A stretch of DNA of 64,000 bases, from the NCBI GenBank assembly GCA_049512935.1, contig JBEKWR010000008.1:28329-92328 (forward strand), read 5' to 3'. The position numbers and the translations under genes are program-made. Position 1 is the first letter of the stretch. Every line of letters starts with the position of its first letter. Positions 37,300-46,041 of this stretch are shown here, piece after piece. Under the pieces are notes generated by a model. The model was not told the origin of the DNA, searched no databases, and saw only the letters and a program-made list of their open reading frames with translations. The DNA is from Candidatus Bathyarchaeia archaeon (GTDB lineage Archaea > Thermoproteota > Bathyarchaeia > Bathyarchaeales > Bathycorpusculaceae).

Positions 37300-39564
37300 A
37301 TGAAGTTTTCACGTAATAAAATAGCGGCAATTCTGATAATAATTTTGCTATCAACAGCGGCATTCTTTACAATTGCGTTGTTTACGACCTCTACTAGCAG
37401 GGGTGCTACACAAGCAGCTATTAGCACTGCAATCCTTAATGGGCTTTTGTACTTGAACAGTACCCAGTCGTCAAATGGAGAATGGTCAGGCTCATACCCG
37501 GTGGCTGGTACGGCAATGGCTGTTCTGGCTTTCGAAAATGCCGGTCACTATGGTTGGAATGCGTCTGATCCCTTCAGTAGTGATGTTCAAAACGGCTTGA
37601 ACTGGATCTTATCACAAGGATCAAACATGACTCTTTCAAATCAAACAGCAGGCAATCCAGACACCAGTGGAACTGGAATAGGCATATTATGGAACGGTGA
37701 CGACTACCCCACCTATGAAACTTCGATGGCGCTCTTAGCTCTAATCGGCTCCAGTGCGCCGACTAACGTTACCCAGCCCGGACCTTTAGGCGTCCGCACT
37801 TACTTAGCTATTGCCAGAGACACTGTGGATTACCTTTGTTTGTCTCAAGTCGACCCGGTGTACAATAGTACTGGGCAGAATACCAATCTTCAATGTGGAG
37901 GATGGACCTATGGAACTGATAACAACAACAGCTACAGCTCTTATTCTGACCAATCAAATACTGGTTGGCCTGTGTTTGCCTTAGCCGGGGCCGAATTATG
38001 GGGAATATATCCACCGCAATGGGTGTTAAACACACTTGCCATCTGGATCCATACTGATCAAAATCTCGTCGCAAACCAGACTACAACTACTCTCTACGGT
38101 GCATTTGGCTACTATGATGGTGAGATTCTCGGGCAGGTTTCAGAAACTGCAGTAGGAATTGAAGAATTGACTCTAGAAGGTGCTCTCTCAACGAATTCCA
38201 GTATAATAGCAGCTGAAGGCAACCTTAACCAGATGTGGACTGTCAACGATGGCGGTTGGAACGTTAACATCGGCAACTTGTACGCCATGTATAATGTGAT
38301 GAAAGCCTGCCGGGAGGCTGTACCGCCAATCACGTACCTTTCCTACTTTAACGGTACTAACGGTATTCAATGGTACAACGGCACCGGAGAATATGCCGAC
38401 GCGACCATCGCTGCGCAAGGCGCTAATGGAGCTTGGACTAATGGTGGATGGGAAAGTTGGGCGGAAGCCGGAAATTTTTCACCGGTCTTGAGCACTGCAA
38501 TGGCTGTTTTGGTTCTGGAGCCTTATGTTGTCAACATTGCAACCCTGTATACGCTTACGGTGACGGTGCAAGACTCACAAACGCTAGCGCCAATTTCTGG
38601 AGCAAGTGTTGAAGCCAGTGGTCCGAATACTTTGACGGGCACTACTGGAAGCAATGGACAAATCGTTTTTAGCAATGTGCAGTCAGGCAATTACGCGATC
38701 AACGCCAGTGCCACAGAGTACAACAGTTCATTACCAGTATCCGTTTCAGTGACAAGTAACACGGGCTACACTGTTAACTTGGTCTCAACTGCGCCTCCAT
38801 CTACGCCTACGCCAGTATCTACGCCTCCACCACTTTCTGCTACAGCAAAATCGTCATCGGGAGTATCAGTTACAGTTGCAGCAGGAAATTCGGTGACCCT
38901 TACGGCTACTGTTTCAGGTGGAACATCGCCATACAGTTACCAGTGGGTCTTGTACGTGTCCCCGTCTAGCTCATTAAACAGCTTTGTTAGCGGGGGGACG
39001 TCTTCTACGCTGAAGGCATCACAGACAGCTCCTGGCACCTACACATACTTCGTGCTAATCACTGATGCAAACGGGCTCGTCGCAGTCTCGAACAAGGTAA
39101 CGTTGACGGTTACTTCATCGTCCACGACGCCTACACCTACAACGACATCTACATCGACACCTACGCCAGCGCCAACAGCAACTGTAGCACCATTCGTTTT
39201 CACCGCAGCTGACTGGCTCTGGCTCATCGTGGCCATCGTTATCATCATAGCGTTGATTCTGATACTCCTCGTATGGTACTTACGCCGCCGCAAACTTACA
39301 GTAACGGTGCAAAACTCACAAACGCTAGCGCCGATTTCTGGAGCAATTGTTGAAGCCACTGGTCCGAAACCTTTGTCAGGCACTACTGGAAGCAAGGGAC
39401 AAATCGTCTTTAACAACGTGCAAGCAGGCAATTACTCAATCAAGGCCAGCGCCACAGGATACAATCCGTCAATACCAGTATCTGTTCCAGTGGAGAATAA
39501 CACGAAATACGTTATTAAACTGAACTCAATTGCGCCTAAGATGCAAGAAACCCAAACAAAGTGA
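37300..39564 (+). CDS. Cell-surface protein: prenyltransferase/squalene-cyclase-like alpha barrel, CarboxypepD_reg-like domain, Ig domain, TM, second CarboxypepD_reg-like domain
   Basis: Signal peptide; QW-type repeats (QSSNGEW, QCGGWTY, QGANGAW); DQSNTGW; Thr/Pro linker; TM followed by RRRK. Confidence 0.78.
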   Translation: MKFSRNKIAAILIIILLSTAAFFTIALFTTSTSRGATQAAISTAILNGLLYLNSTQSSNGEWSGSYPVAGTAMAVLAFENAGHYGWNASDPFSSDVQNGLNWILSQGSNMTLSNQTAGNPDTSGTGIGILWNGDDYPTYETSMALLALIGSSAPTNVTQPGPLGVRTYLAIARDTVDYLCLSQVDPVYNSTGQNTNLQCGGWTYGTDNNNSYSSYSDQSNTGWPVFALAGAELWGIYPPQWVLNTLAIWIHTDQNLVANQTTTTLYGAFGYYDGEILGQVSETAVGIEELTLEGALSTNSSIIAAEGNLNQMWTVNDGGWNVNIGNLYAMYNVMKACREAVPPITYLSYFNGTNGIQWYNGTGEYADATIAAQGANGAWTNGGWESWAEAGNFSPVLSTAMAVLVLEPYVVNIATLYTLTVTVQDSQTLAPISGASVEASGPNTLTGTTGSNGQIVFSNVQSGNYAINASATEYNSSLPVSVSVTSNTGYTVNLVSTAPPSTPTPVSTPPPLSATAKSSSGVSVTVAAGNSVTLTATVSGGTSPYSYQWVLYVSPSSSLNSFVSGGTSSTLKASQTAPGTYTYFVLITDANGLVAVSNKVTLTVTSSSTTPTPTTTSTSTPTPAPTATVAPFVFTAADWLWLIVAIVIIIALILILLVWYLRRRKLTVTVQNSQTLAPISGAIVEATGPKPLSGTTGSKGQIVFNNVQAGNYSIKASATGYNPSIPVSVPVENNTKYVIKLNSIAPKMQETQTK
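38554..38796 (+). repeat. 243-bp intragenic duplication (partner 39295-39537)
   Basis: LTVTVQDSQTLAPISGA.. versus LTVTVQNSQTLAPISGA..; colinear with high nucleotide identity. Confidence 0.9.
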
Positions 39565-39636
39565 AAGCACATCCACTATTTCCCTTTTTTTAATTATTTT
39601 TAAAAGCACTTAACAAAATGTAAACTAAGTCAGCCC

Positions 39637-39681
39637 TATGTCACAAATGACGGCAGCAATTCGGTCTCGGTGATAAGCACG
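39637..39681 (+). pseudogene. YVTN beta-propeller repeat remnant
   Basis: Translates YVTNDGSNSVSVIST with no start codon. Confidence 0.6.
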
Positions 39682-39737
39682 GGTGCTTTGGCTGCGAGTG
39701 CGTCAACCACGGTTAGACTGGCTTTTGTGCAAAAATA

Positions 39738-39807
39738 GAGTCCTTAGCTGCGAGGGGTCCTTTGGAGAACAGCTTCCTAAGTTGGGGGTCGAGTGTTCAA
39801 CCCACTC
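39738..39807 (+). pseudogene. Degenerate tRNA-Arg(CCT)-like remnant lacking the 3' acceptor strand
   Basis: GAGTCCT TAGCT.. CAGC TTCCTAA GTTG GGGGTC GAGTG TTCAACC CACTC: anticodon arm and a perfect 5-bp T-stem at tRNA spacing. Confidence 0.55.
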
Positions 39808-39892
39808 CAATTTTTTGGCATAAACCCGCAGTTATCGGGTGCTTTTTTAAAGCGTCAAATACTATAGTTAACTAGGTTTCGGAGAGCTGAAC

Positions 39893-40687
39893 ATGCGCGA
39901 AAAAATGTCAGAAACTCACGCGGATGCGTCCGCTGAATCTGCACCTCTGTGGTTTGACGAGCTTACCATGAGCGAAGTTGAGAAGGCTGCGAAATCTGGA
40001 ATGGTCGTGATTTTTCCAGTGGGAAGCGTCGAGGAACACGGCGCATACCTGCCCCTTTCCACAGACAGCCTGCAACCCGAGTTCATCGCCCTCGAAGTCG
40101 CAAAACGAACCAAAAGCCTCGTTCTGCCCACGCTCCGCTACGGGGTTTGCTTATCAACACGCAATTTCCCAGGAACCCTCTCAATCAACTTCAGCTCGCT
40201 GTACAGGATCACCTTTGACATCCTCAGCGAACTGGTCCGCAACGGCTTCGGAAAAATCCTTGTCCTGAGCGGCCACGCTGCAACGCTTCACATGGCGGCA
40301 CTGAGACTCGCAGCAGAAAAAGTTGTTTTGCAGAATGAAGCCGCCAGCGTCGAGGGAAAAGTCAGGATAATGGTTCTGTCCGACTACGATTTCGCCTATG
40401 ACCTCAGGGGCAAATCTGTTTCAGAAAAGGACGGACACGGCGGAGCAATTGAGACGTCACGGATTATGGCTATAAAGCCCAGCGTGGTCAAAGGCGTCGG
40501 AAAAAAGAGCTTCACACAGCCGCCGCTATTTGAAGTCCTTGCGCATCCAGAAAATCACTTTCCAACGGGCACAATAGGAGACCCCGCCGAAGCCTCTGCA
40601 AGCAAGGGGCAGGAAATAAACAGCTACGTCATGGAGCAAGTGGTGAAACTGGTGCAGGAACTACAAGCGCCAAAGGTTACCCACTAA
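39893..40687 (+). CDS. Creatininase/creatinine amidohydrolase family
   Basis: PVGSVEEHG.YLPLSTD, SGH and GHGGAIETS motifs. Confidence 0.9.
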   Translation: MREKMSETHADASAESAPLWFDELTMSEVEKAAKSGMVVIFPVGSVEEHGAYLPLSTDSLQPEFIALEVAKRTKSLVLPTLRYGVCLSTRNFPGTLSINFSSLYRITFDILSELVRNGFGKILVLSGHAATLHMAALRLAAEKVVLQNEAASVEGKVRIMVLSDYDFAYDLRGKSVSEKDGHGGAIETSRIMAIKPSVVKGVGKKSFTQPPLFEVLAHPENHFPTGTIGDPAEASASKGQEINSYVMEQVVKLVQELQAPKVTH

Positions 40688-40715
40688 CGAAAAATAGGGA
40701 AACGGATTTCTTCTT

Positions 40716-41540
40716 TTAGACTTTCTTGAAGGGTAACCCAGCTTCTTGCAGAGCAGCCAGCAACTTCGGTTTGTCCTGGCTTGGGATTCCTTTCCAATCA
40801 AGAACTGCCACCTCGACCTTCTCCAGAGTTTTCTCCCTGCATTGCGAAATCATCGCCGCGTCTACTTCCGCAATGGCGTACTTCGGTATCATGTGCCCGA
40901 ATGCGGCTTCGTCAGCCAGCGCCATGCGGCTGAACTTTGGGTTGTAGTGCGGTCCACCTATCCCAAGAGCCGCCAAGCCGCTGGATGCTGAGAAGTTGGC
41001 GATGGCGTCCATTGCCGCTTCGCCGACGGCTTGCGCAGCCTTAAGGTCGCGCCATTGAGGCTCTGAACTGCCGAGCTCAACAAACATGACGGGCAGGTTC
41101 AAGCTGGGACCATGGTGGGTACCCTCGTAGGAGACCTCATAGCCGAGGCTCAGCTGCCCGTTCAAGCGGCTCAGCGATTTAAGCGCGGTCGCCATGGCAA
41201 AGGCTGGCGCAACAGAAACCGTGTGGGGCAAGCCGCCGAACTCCGCTTCTCCAAAGTTGCCTGTTGTGTGGACGGAAAGGGTGGGCTTTGCGCTTTGGCT
41301 GCTGTGCCGTGAGATGAAGACGGCAAGTTGAGCGTTTGGGAAATCCTCTTGCAAGTACTGGGCGCTGATTGTTTCTTCGTTCAACGTCAGGAAGCTAACC
41401 TGTTTGTCGTTTACTTTAGCCGTGTAAACGGGGCTTTCCCGATAAGTCTCAGTTGTCTTTGTGAAGGGGGAGCGCTGAAGAATGCTCTTTGCTATGTTTA
41501 CGCCCGCGATGTCTCGGGTTGAATGAACGAGCAGAATCAT
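40716..41540 (-). CDS. dtdA: D-aminoacyl-tRNA deacylase (archaeal DTD2)
   Basis: SRHSS, LSVHTTGN, YEGTHHGPS, FVELGS, GIGGPHY and GHMIPKY motifs. Confidence 0.93.
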   Translation of the reverse strand: MILLVHSTRDIAGVNIAKSILQRSPFTKTTETYRESPVYTAKVNDKQVSFLTLNEETISAQYLQEDFPNAQLAVFISRHSSQSAKPTLSVHTTGNFGEAEFGGLPHTVSVAPAFAMATALKSLSRLNGQLSLGYEVSYEGTHHGPSLNLPVMFVELGSSEPQWRDLKAAQAVGEAAMDAIANFSASSGLAALGIGGPHYNPKFSRMALADEAAFGHMIPKYAIAEVDAAMISQCREKTLEKVEVAVLDWKGIPSQDKPKLLAALQEAGLPFKKV

Positions 41541-41675
41541 TAGCTACACTCTCGATATGCTTTGTTATTTTACCGCTAAAAATGTTATTGAACTTATCTC
41601 AGGATATCCTAATTATGACAATGTAATGCGATAAAGTTAAATGCATTTCAAGCTTATGTTTAAGTAGGCATTAAC

Positions 41676-41939
41676 ATGAGCAAAGGAAAAAAGCGTCAAG
41701 TTTGCTTCCGGCTCGATGGATCAATCGTTAATGAAATGGAAGAAATACGAGATAAAACAGGCGTGCCAATTAGCACTCAAATAGAGCTGCGACTAAAAGG
41801 ATTCACATTAACCAGCGTTTCAGCCAAGGGAAGCTGGAACAAAGTATGGCTTTGGTATATAAATCTAGAAAAAGACGATGAACTCGCGGATAACGTTGAA
41901 AAGGCCGTTGAAAGAATGCGGGAGTTGAAACTTCACTAA
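41676..41939 (+). CDS. Antitoxin (RHH-like N-terminus)
   Basis: 87 aa, 1-nt overlap with the PIN toxin. Confidence 0.7.
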   Translation: MSKGKKRQVCFRLDGSIVNEMEEIRDKTGVPISTQIELRLKGFTLTSVSAKGSWNKVWLWYINLEKDDELADNVEKAVERMRELKLH

Positions 41940-42337
41940 TGGTTTGCTTTGACACAACTTTTATGATTGATTTACTTCGCCAGAATCCAGCAGCTGAAAA
42001 GAAACTAAACAGCTTGATAAAAGGAGATGATGGCCCTTGTATGACCGTTATCACAGTCGGCGAGCTTTTTTATGGGGCCTACAAGTCAAAAAATGTCGAG
42101 AAGGAAAAAGAGAAAACAAAGGAAGCCCTTAGCGGCTTTTTGATATTAGAAATGAATGAACGAGGAGCTGAAAAGTTCGGCGAAATCCTCAGCACACTTG
42201 ATCAGAAGGGACAGAAAATTAATGACAGGGATGTTATGATAGCCGCAATTGCCATGTCCAAAGGTGAATACCGCATGGTGACAAGAAATAAGAAGGATTT
42301 TGAGAGAATTCCTAATCTCACGGTTGAAACATACTGA
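41939..42337 (+). CDS. vapC: VapC PIN-domain toxin
   Basis: CFDTTFMIDLL, VGELFYG, RDVMIAAIA and TRNKKDFERIPNL motifs. Confidence 0.92.
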   Translation: MVCFDTTFMIDLLRQNPAAEKKLNSLIKGDDGPCMTVITVGELFYGAYKSKNVEKEKEKTKEALSGFLILEMNERGAEKFGEILSTLDQKGQKINDRDVMIAAIAMSKGEYRMVTRNKKDFERIPNLTVETY

Positions 42338-42446
42338 CCTGCAAAATAATGCCTTAGCATAAAAAAGAACGGCAAACTTTGCTGCAAGAACTTTCCATAA
42401 AGCTTTTTATGGCTGGGTTGATTCTGCGTAACTGAGGCAACATAAA

Positions 42447-43367
42447 ATGCATCTGATCAACTTCAAAGAGCTATCAAGCCAAGACCTAAACGCTCTCGTC
42501 GATTTAGGCATCGAAGTCAAGCACAACCCCAAAAAGTACCGCAAAGCGTTCGACGGCAAATCTGCCGCTTTGATTTTTCAGAAGACATCCACTCGGACAA
42601 GGGTTGCCTTTGAAGTTGCCGCCACGCAGCTTGGCGGTCACGGCTTGTTCATCGACTGGCGAACCACCAATTTCACTTTGGCGGACATTTCGGATGAAGT
42701 TCGCTACTTATCCCGTAATGTCGACTGCATCATGGCAAGATTGCTGTTCAACGCGGATTTGATGAAGATGGCTAACGCATCCCGTGTGCCAGTGATCAAC
42801 GGCTGCGACGAAAAGTATCATCCAAGCCAAGCGCTGGCCGATTTAATAACGATGAAAGAGAGAAAAGGCACGCTCAAAGGCGCGAAGCTGGTTTACATCG
42901 GCGTGCACAACAACGTCTGCAACTCGCTGATTGAGGGCTGCACCAAAACAGGCGTTAAGCTGACAACGGTTGCGCCGTTTTTCAATGAAGCCGCTCGGGA
43001 TGATGAGTTGCTGGCTGAAGCGAAGAAGACTGGTCTTTGGCAGTCAACTTTGGACGCAAAGAAAGCGGTTAAGGACGCCGACTTCGTGTACACGGACACG
43101 TGGATTGACATGGAGTTCTTCACCGACCCCAAGTTCGAGGCGGAAAAGGAGAAGCGAATAAAACTTATGATGCCCTACCAAATCAACGCGGAACTGCTCA
43201 AAGGCAGCAACGTCTACATCATGCATGACATGCCGATCCACCGCGGATACGAAATAAGCGCGGAAGCCATTGAGAACCCGAAGTCGGTGATTTATGAGCA
43301 GGCAGAAAACCGCTTGTACTCAGCAAAGGCGATAATGCTCACGTTAATGGAAGAGCAGAAAGTTTGA
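42447..43367 (+). CDS. argF: Ornithine carbamoyltransferase
   Basis: FQKTSTRTR, HPSQALAD and QAENRL; variant YTDTWIDME and HDMP motifs. Confidence 0.85.
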   Translation: MHLINFKELSSQDLNALVDLGIEVKHNPKKYRKAFDGKSAALIFQKTSTRTRVAFEVAATQLGGHGLFIDWRTTNFTLADISDEVRYLSRNVDCIMARLLFNADLMKMANASRVPVINGCDEKYHPSQALADLITMKERKGTLKGAKLVYIGVHNNVCNSLIEGCTKTGVKLTTVAPFFNEAARDDELLAEAKKTGLWQSTLDAKKAVKDADFVYTDTWIDMEFFTDPKFEAEKEKRIKLMMPYQINAELLKGSNVYIMHDMPIHRGYEISAEAIENPKSVIYEQAENRLYSAKAIMLTLMEEQKV

Positions 43368-43903
43368 TGCCAATCTTTGTAGTCTTTCTCAGGGGAATCA
43401 ACGTTGGCGGTCACATCGTTAAAAAGGAGACTCTGCAAGAAGCTTTCGGCGCGTTGGGCTTCCAAAATGTTTCTACCTTTAAGCAAAGCGGCAACGTAAT
43501 CTTCGAGTCCAACACAACCGACTTGGAAGAGTTGAAGGGCAAGATAGAAGAAAAACTCCGCAGCACGCTCAGCTATGACGTCGCCGTCTTCATTCGTACA
43601 ATCCCACAGTTAAAGGGCATAATTGATTTAGACCCGTTCAAGGGCCAAGACAAAGCAGGCACAAGCTTCCTTGTAACCTTGCTTGCAAATCCACCTCCCG
43701 CAGCATTCAGATCCCAATTACCGCTGACAATCCCAAAATCAACAGCACAGATAATTTCATCAAAAGGCAGGGAAGTTTTTAGCTTGACCCATGGAGGCGG
43801 AGAAGGAGCACTGCCTAACCCATTTGTGGAGTCAAAGCTGAAGGTGAAAGCGACCACCCGCAACATGAACATCATCGGGGAAATCAGTGAAAAGTTTGGT
43901 TAG
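43364..43903 (+). CDS. DUF1697 family protein
   Basis: FLRGINVGGH, QSGNVIF and TTRNMN motifs. Confidence 0.85.
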   Translation: MMPIFVVFLRGINVGGHIVKKETLQEAFGALGFQNVSTFKQSGNVIFESNTTDLEELKGKIEEKLRSTLSYDVAVFIRTIPQLKGIIDLDPFKGQDKAGTSFLVTLLANPPPAAFRSQLPLTIPKSTAQIISSKGREVFSLTHGGGEGALPNPFVESKLKVKATTRNMNIIGEISEKFG

Positions 43904-43906
43904 CGC

Positions 43907-44341
43907 TCAAACCTTGCTCCACTTGTAGCCGCAGCCGTAGCAATTGCCGTCATGCACGCAAACCACATCGCCGCAGGTTGGGCACCGATACTTCTCGGCT
44001 TGGCTTTTCAAGAACCCATCCATGCCTTCTGCCTTTAGCATCTTTAGGTTTTCGACCATGCTCATCCCGTAGCGTTCCCGATACCGCGTGTCGAGGTGGT
44101 TCAGGTTTTTACACGGCATCTCGCCGCATTCGTAGCAGGATTTGATTTCGTGGTGGGTTAGTTTTTTGCAGTTTCTTTTGATGTAGCAGTTTTTGGCTCG
44201 TGGCTTGCAACCTGCGCAGTAGGTTACTTTGCCTCTTACCCGTGGTATGCCATGCGTGTAGGCTATGTATCCCTTGCATATGACGCAGTTCATCCCGCAT
44301 GGAGCAATCAGTTCTGGTGTAAACTTGGTTTTTTCCATCAA
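43907..44341 (-). CDS. DUF3795 Cys-rich protein
   Basis: APCGMNCVIC, CAGC, CYECGEMPC and CPTCG..C..C. Confidence 0.82.
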   Translation of the reverse strand: MMEKTKFTPELIAPCGMNCVICKGYIAYTHGIPRVRGKVTYCAGCKPRAKNCYIKRNCKKLTHHEIKSCYECGEMPCKNLNHLDTRYRERYGMSMVENLKMLKAEGMDGFLKSQAEKYRCPTCGDVVCVHDGNCYGCGYKWSKV

Positions 44342-44364
44342 ATGCCGTTTGTCCTGCTGTTAAG

Positions 44365-44670
44365 TTACCTAATTTGGTCACAGAAGCCCTTGAGCAGTTT
44401 CTTAACTTCAGGGTCTTTTGCAGCTTCTCTTCCCAAATCGGTAAGTTGACTTTCGGTAAGGTATAATGGTTTTGGAATCAGTTTTGAGGTGTTATCGCAA
44501 TATCCGAATCTTAGGTCAATTTCGCCTTTATGTTTGTCATCAGTGAATTTCAAAACTTGAATAACTGGTGACCAAGTTTTATAGTCCACTCTTACTTCGT
44601 GGGTTACTACTCCATACCCGTTCACATTAAAATCAAAAAGCTTACCAACATTAGAATTTTTTGAAGTCAC
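44365..44670 (-). CDS. Hypothetical protein
   Basis: 101-aa ORF with plausible composition. Confidence 0.55.
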   Translation of the reverse strand: MTSKNSNVGKLFDFNVNGYGVVTHEVRVDYKTWSPVIQVLKFTDDKHKGEIDLRFGYCDNTSKLIPKPLYLTESQLTDLGREAAKDPEVKKLLKGFCDQIR

Positions 44671-44887
44671 TTTGAATCATCCAAAAGCACTTCAGTGTCT
44701 TAACCTGTTAAGCTTTTCGATTAATGGCTTCTGAGAACATTCCTGGATACCAGTTTGTTGATGCTTAAGCCACAATCCCTCATTCTCTTCGCTGAATCAG
44801 TAATTCTTAATTAGGGTTAAAAAAAGTAGGGATAATAACAATCAATATGCATAGTTTTAAGTTAAGTAAACAACAATGTAGTGGCTT

Positions 44888-45811
44888 ATGGTAACGAAAG
44901 AGGATTTGATTAAACAAGAACTTTCAAAAACAGGATTTGACTTCGAGGATGAGATTGCCGCCCAAATGAAAGAATTAGGCGATTTTGATGTGCAGCCAAA
45001 TTACTGTTTCATTGATTGGCAAACAGGAGAGCATCTGGAACTCGACCTTCGAGCTACCTACCAAGTCACGGGTTCACCAATCCGGATTGAATACGTTATA
45101 TTGGTAGAGTGTAAAAGAATCCCTGGAAACGCATGGTCCTTCATTAAGAATACCGGTGATGTGGCGACTTCTAAAAATGCGTCATCGATTTGGGATAATA
45201 TAAACATTATCGGTAGGCAGGGCGAGTTAGTCGAAATACTAAAACCAACGACTAAGGTGAACTCTCTTGTTGCAGATTCCCACTCAAACAGATTTAAGGA
45301 GATAATAGTTGACCCGGAAACCTCCAACAAAAGAGACGATAACATCCTCAATTGCACAACGAAATTGGCTAAAGCTATATATTTCGAACAACGCATGCAC
45401 GAAAAAAATAGCTCAGTTTTAGCGACTCAAACGGATGATATCGACTATGTCAAAATATATTATCCCATGGTAGTTTTTGAGGGTGACATATATGAGGCGA
45501 CAATGCTTCCAAACCTAACGGTCAGGCAGATATCAAGCGTGCACCTTGACAAGTTTTCCATCGAGAACAAGGAGGAGATAGGCATGACGATAGACATCGT
45601 CAATTCCGGGAACCTGAAAGAGTTCTTAAAAAGCGGCCTATTAATGGAAGCCAAGCAAATACGTTCCAAAGAAAAGAAGAATCGGCAAGTGTACATTGAC
45701 CGTATCCACCGGATAAAGCAAAAAAAGAAGCTTGACAAAACGTGGCAACAGATTTCAGGCGTCCTACCAAAAGTAAAAGGAGTGCCGGGAGTGGGCAAAA
45801 TAGTGCCCTAA
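44888..45811 (+). CDS. Hypothetical protein with PD-(D/E)XK nuclease-like N-terminus
   Basis: TGFDFEDEI..ELDLRA..LVECKR pattern. Confidence 0.6.
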   Translation: MVTKEDLIKQELSKTGFDFEDEIAAQMKELGDFDVQPNYCFIDWQTGEHLELDLRATYQVTGSPIRIEYVILVECKRIPGNAWSFIKNTGDVATSKNASSIWDNINIIGRQGELVEILKPTTKVNSLVADSHSNRFKEIIVDPETSNKRDDNILNCTTKLAKAIYFEQRMHEKNSSVLATQTDDIDYVKIYYPMVVFEGDIYEATMLPNLTVRQISSVHLDKFSIENKEEIGMTIDIVNSGNLKEFLKSGLLMEAKQIRSKEKKNRQVYIDRIHRIKQKKKLDKTWQQISGVLPKVKGVPGVGKIVP

Positions 45812-46041
45812 TAACCAGCAATGGCGATTAGAAGTTTATTTTCGCATTTTCCGCTTTTACCACTTTATAATAGATTATGCAGACCAATTCATTTGTTAAT
45901 AATCAAGTAGACATGGTCAAGACGACATTACTTGAATTAAGCGGGTTGGCTAAGGTAAAACGAAATAATTATCGCGGAAATTCCTAACATAATTCTTAAT
46001 TACTGCGTTTTCTAAAGTGTCTGGCTTGAGGGAAAAAATAG

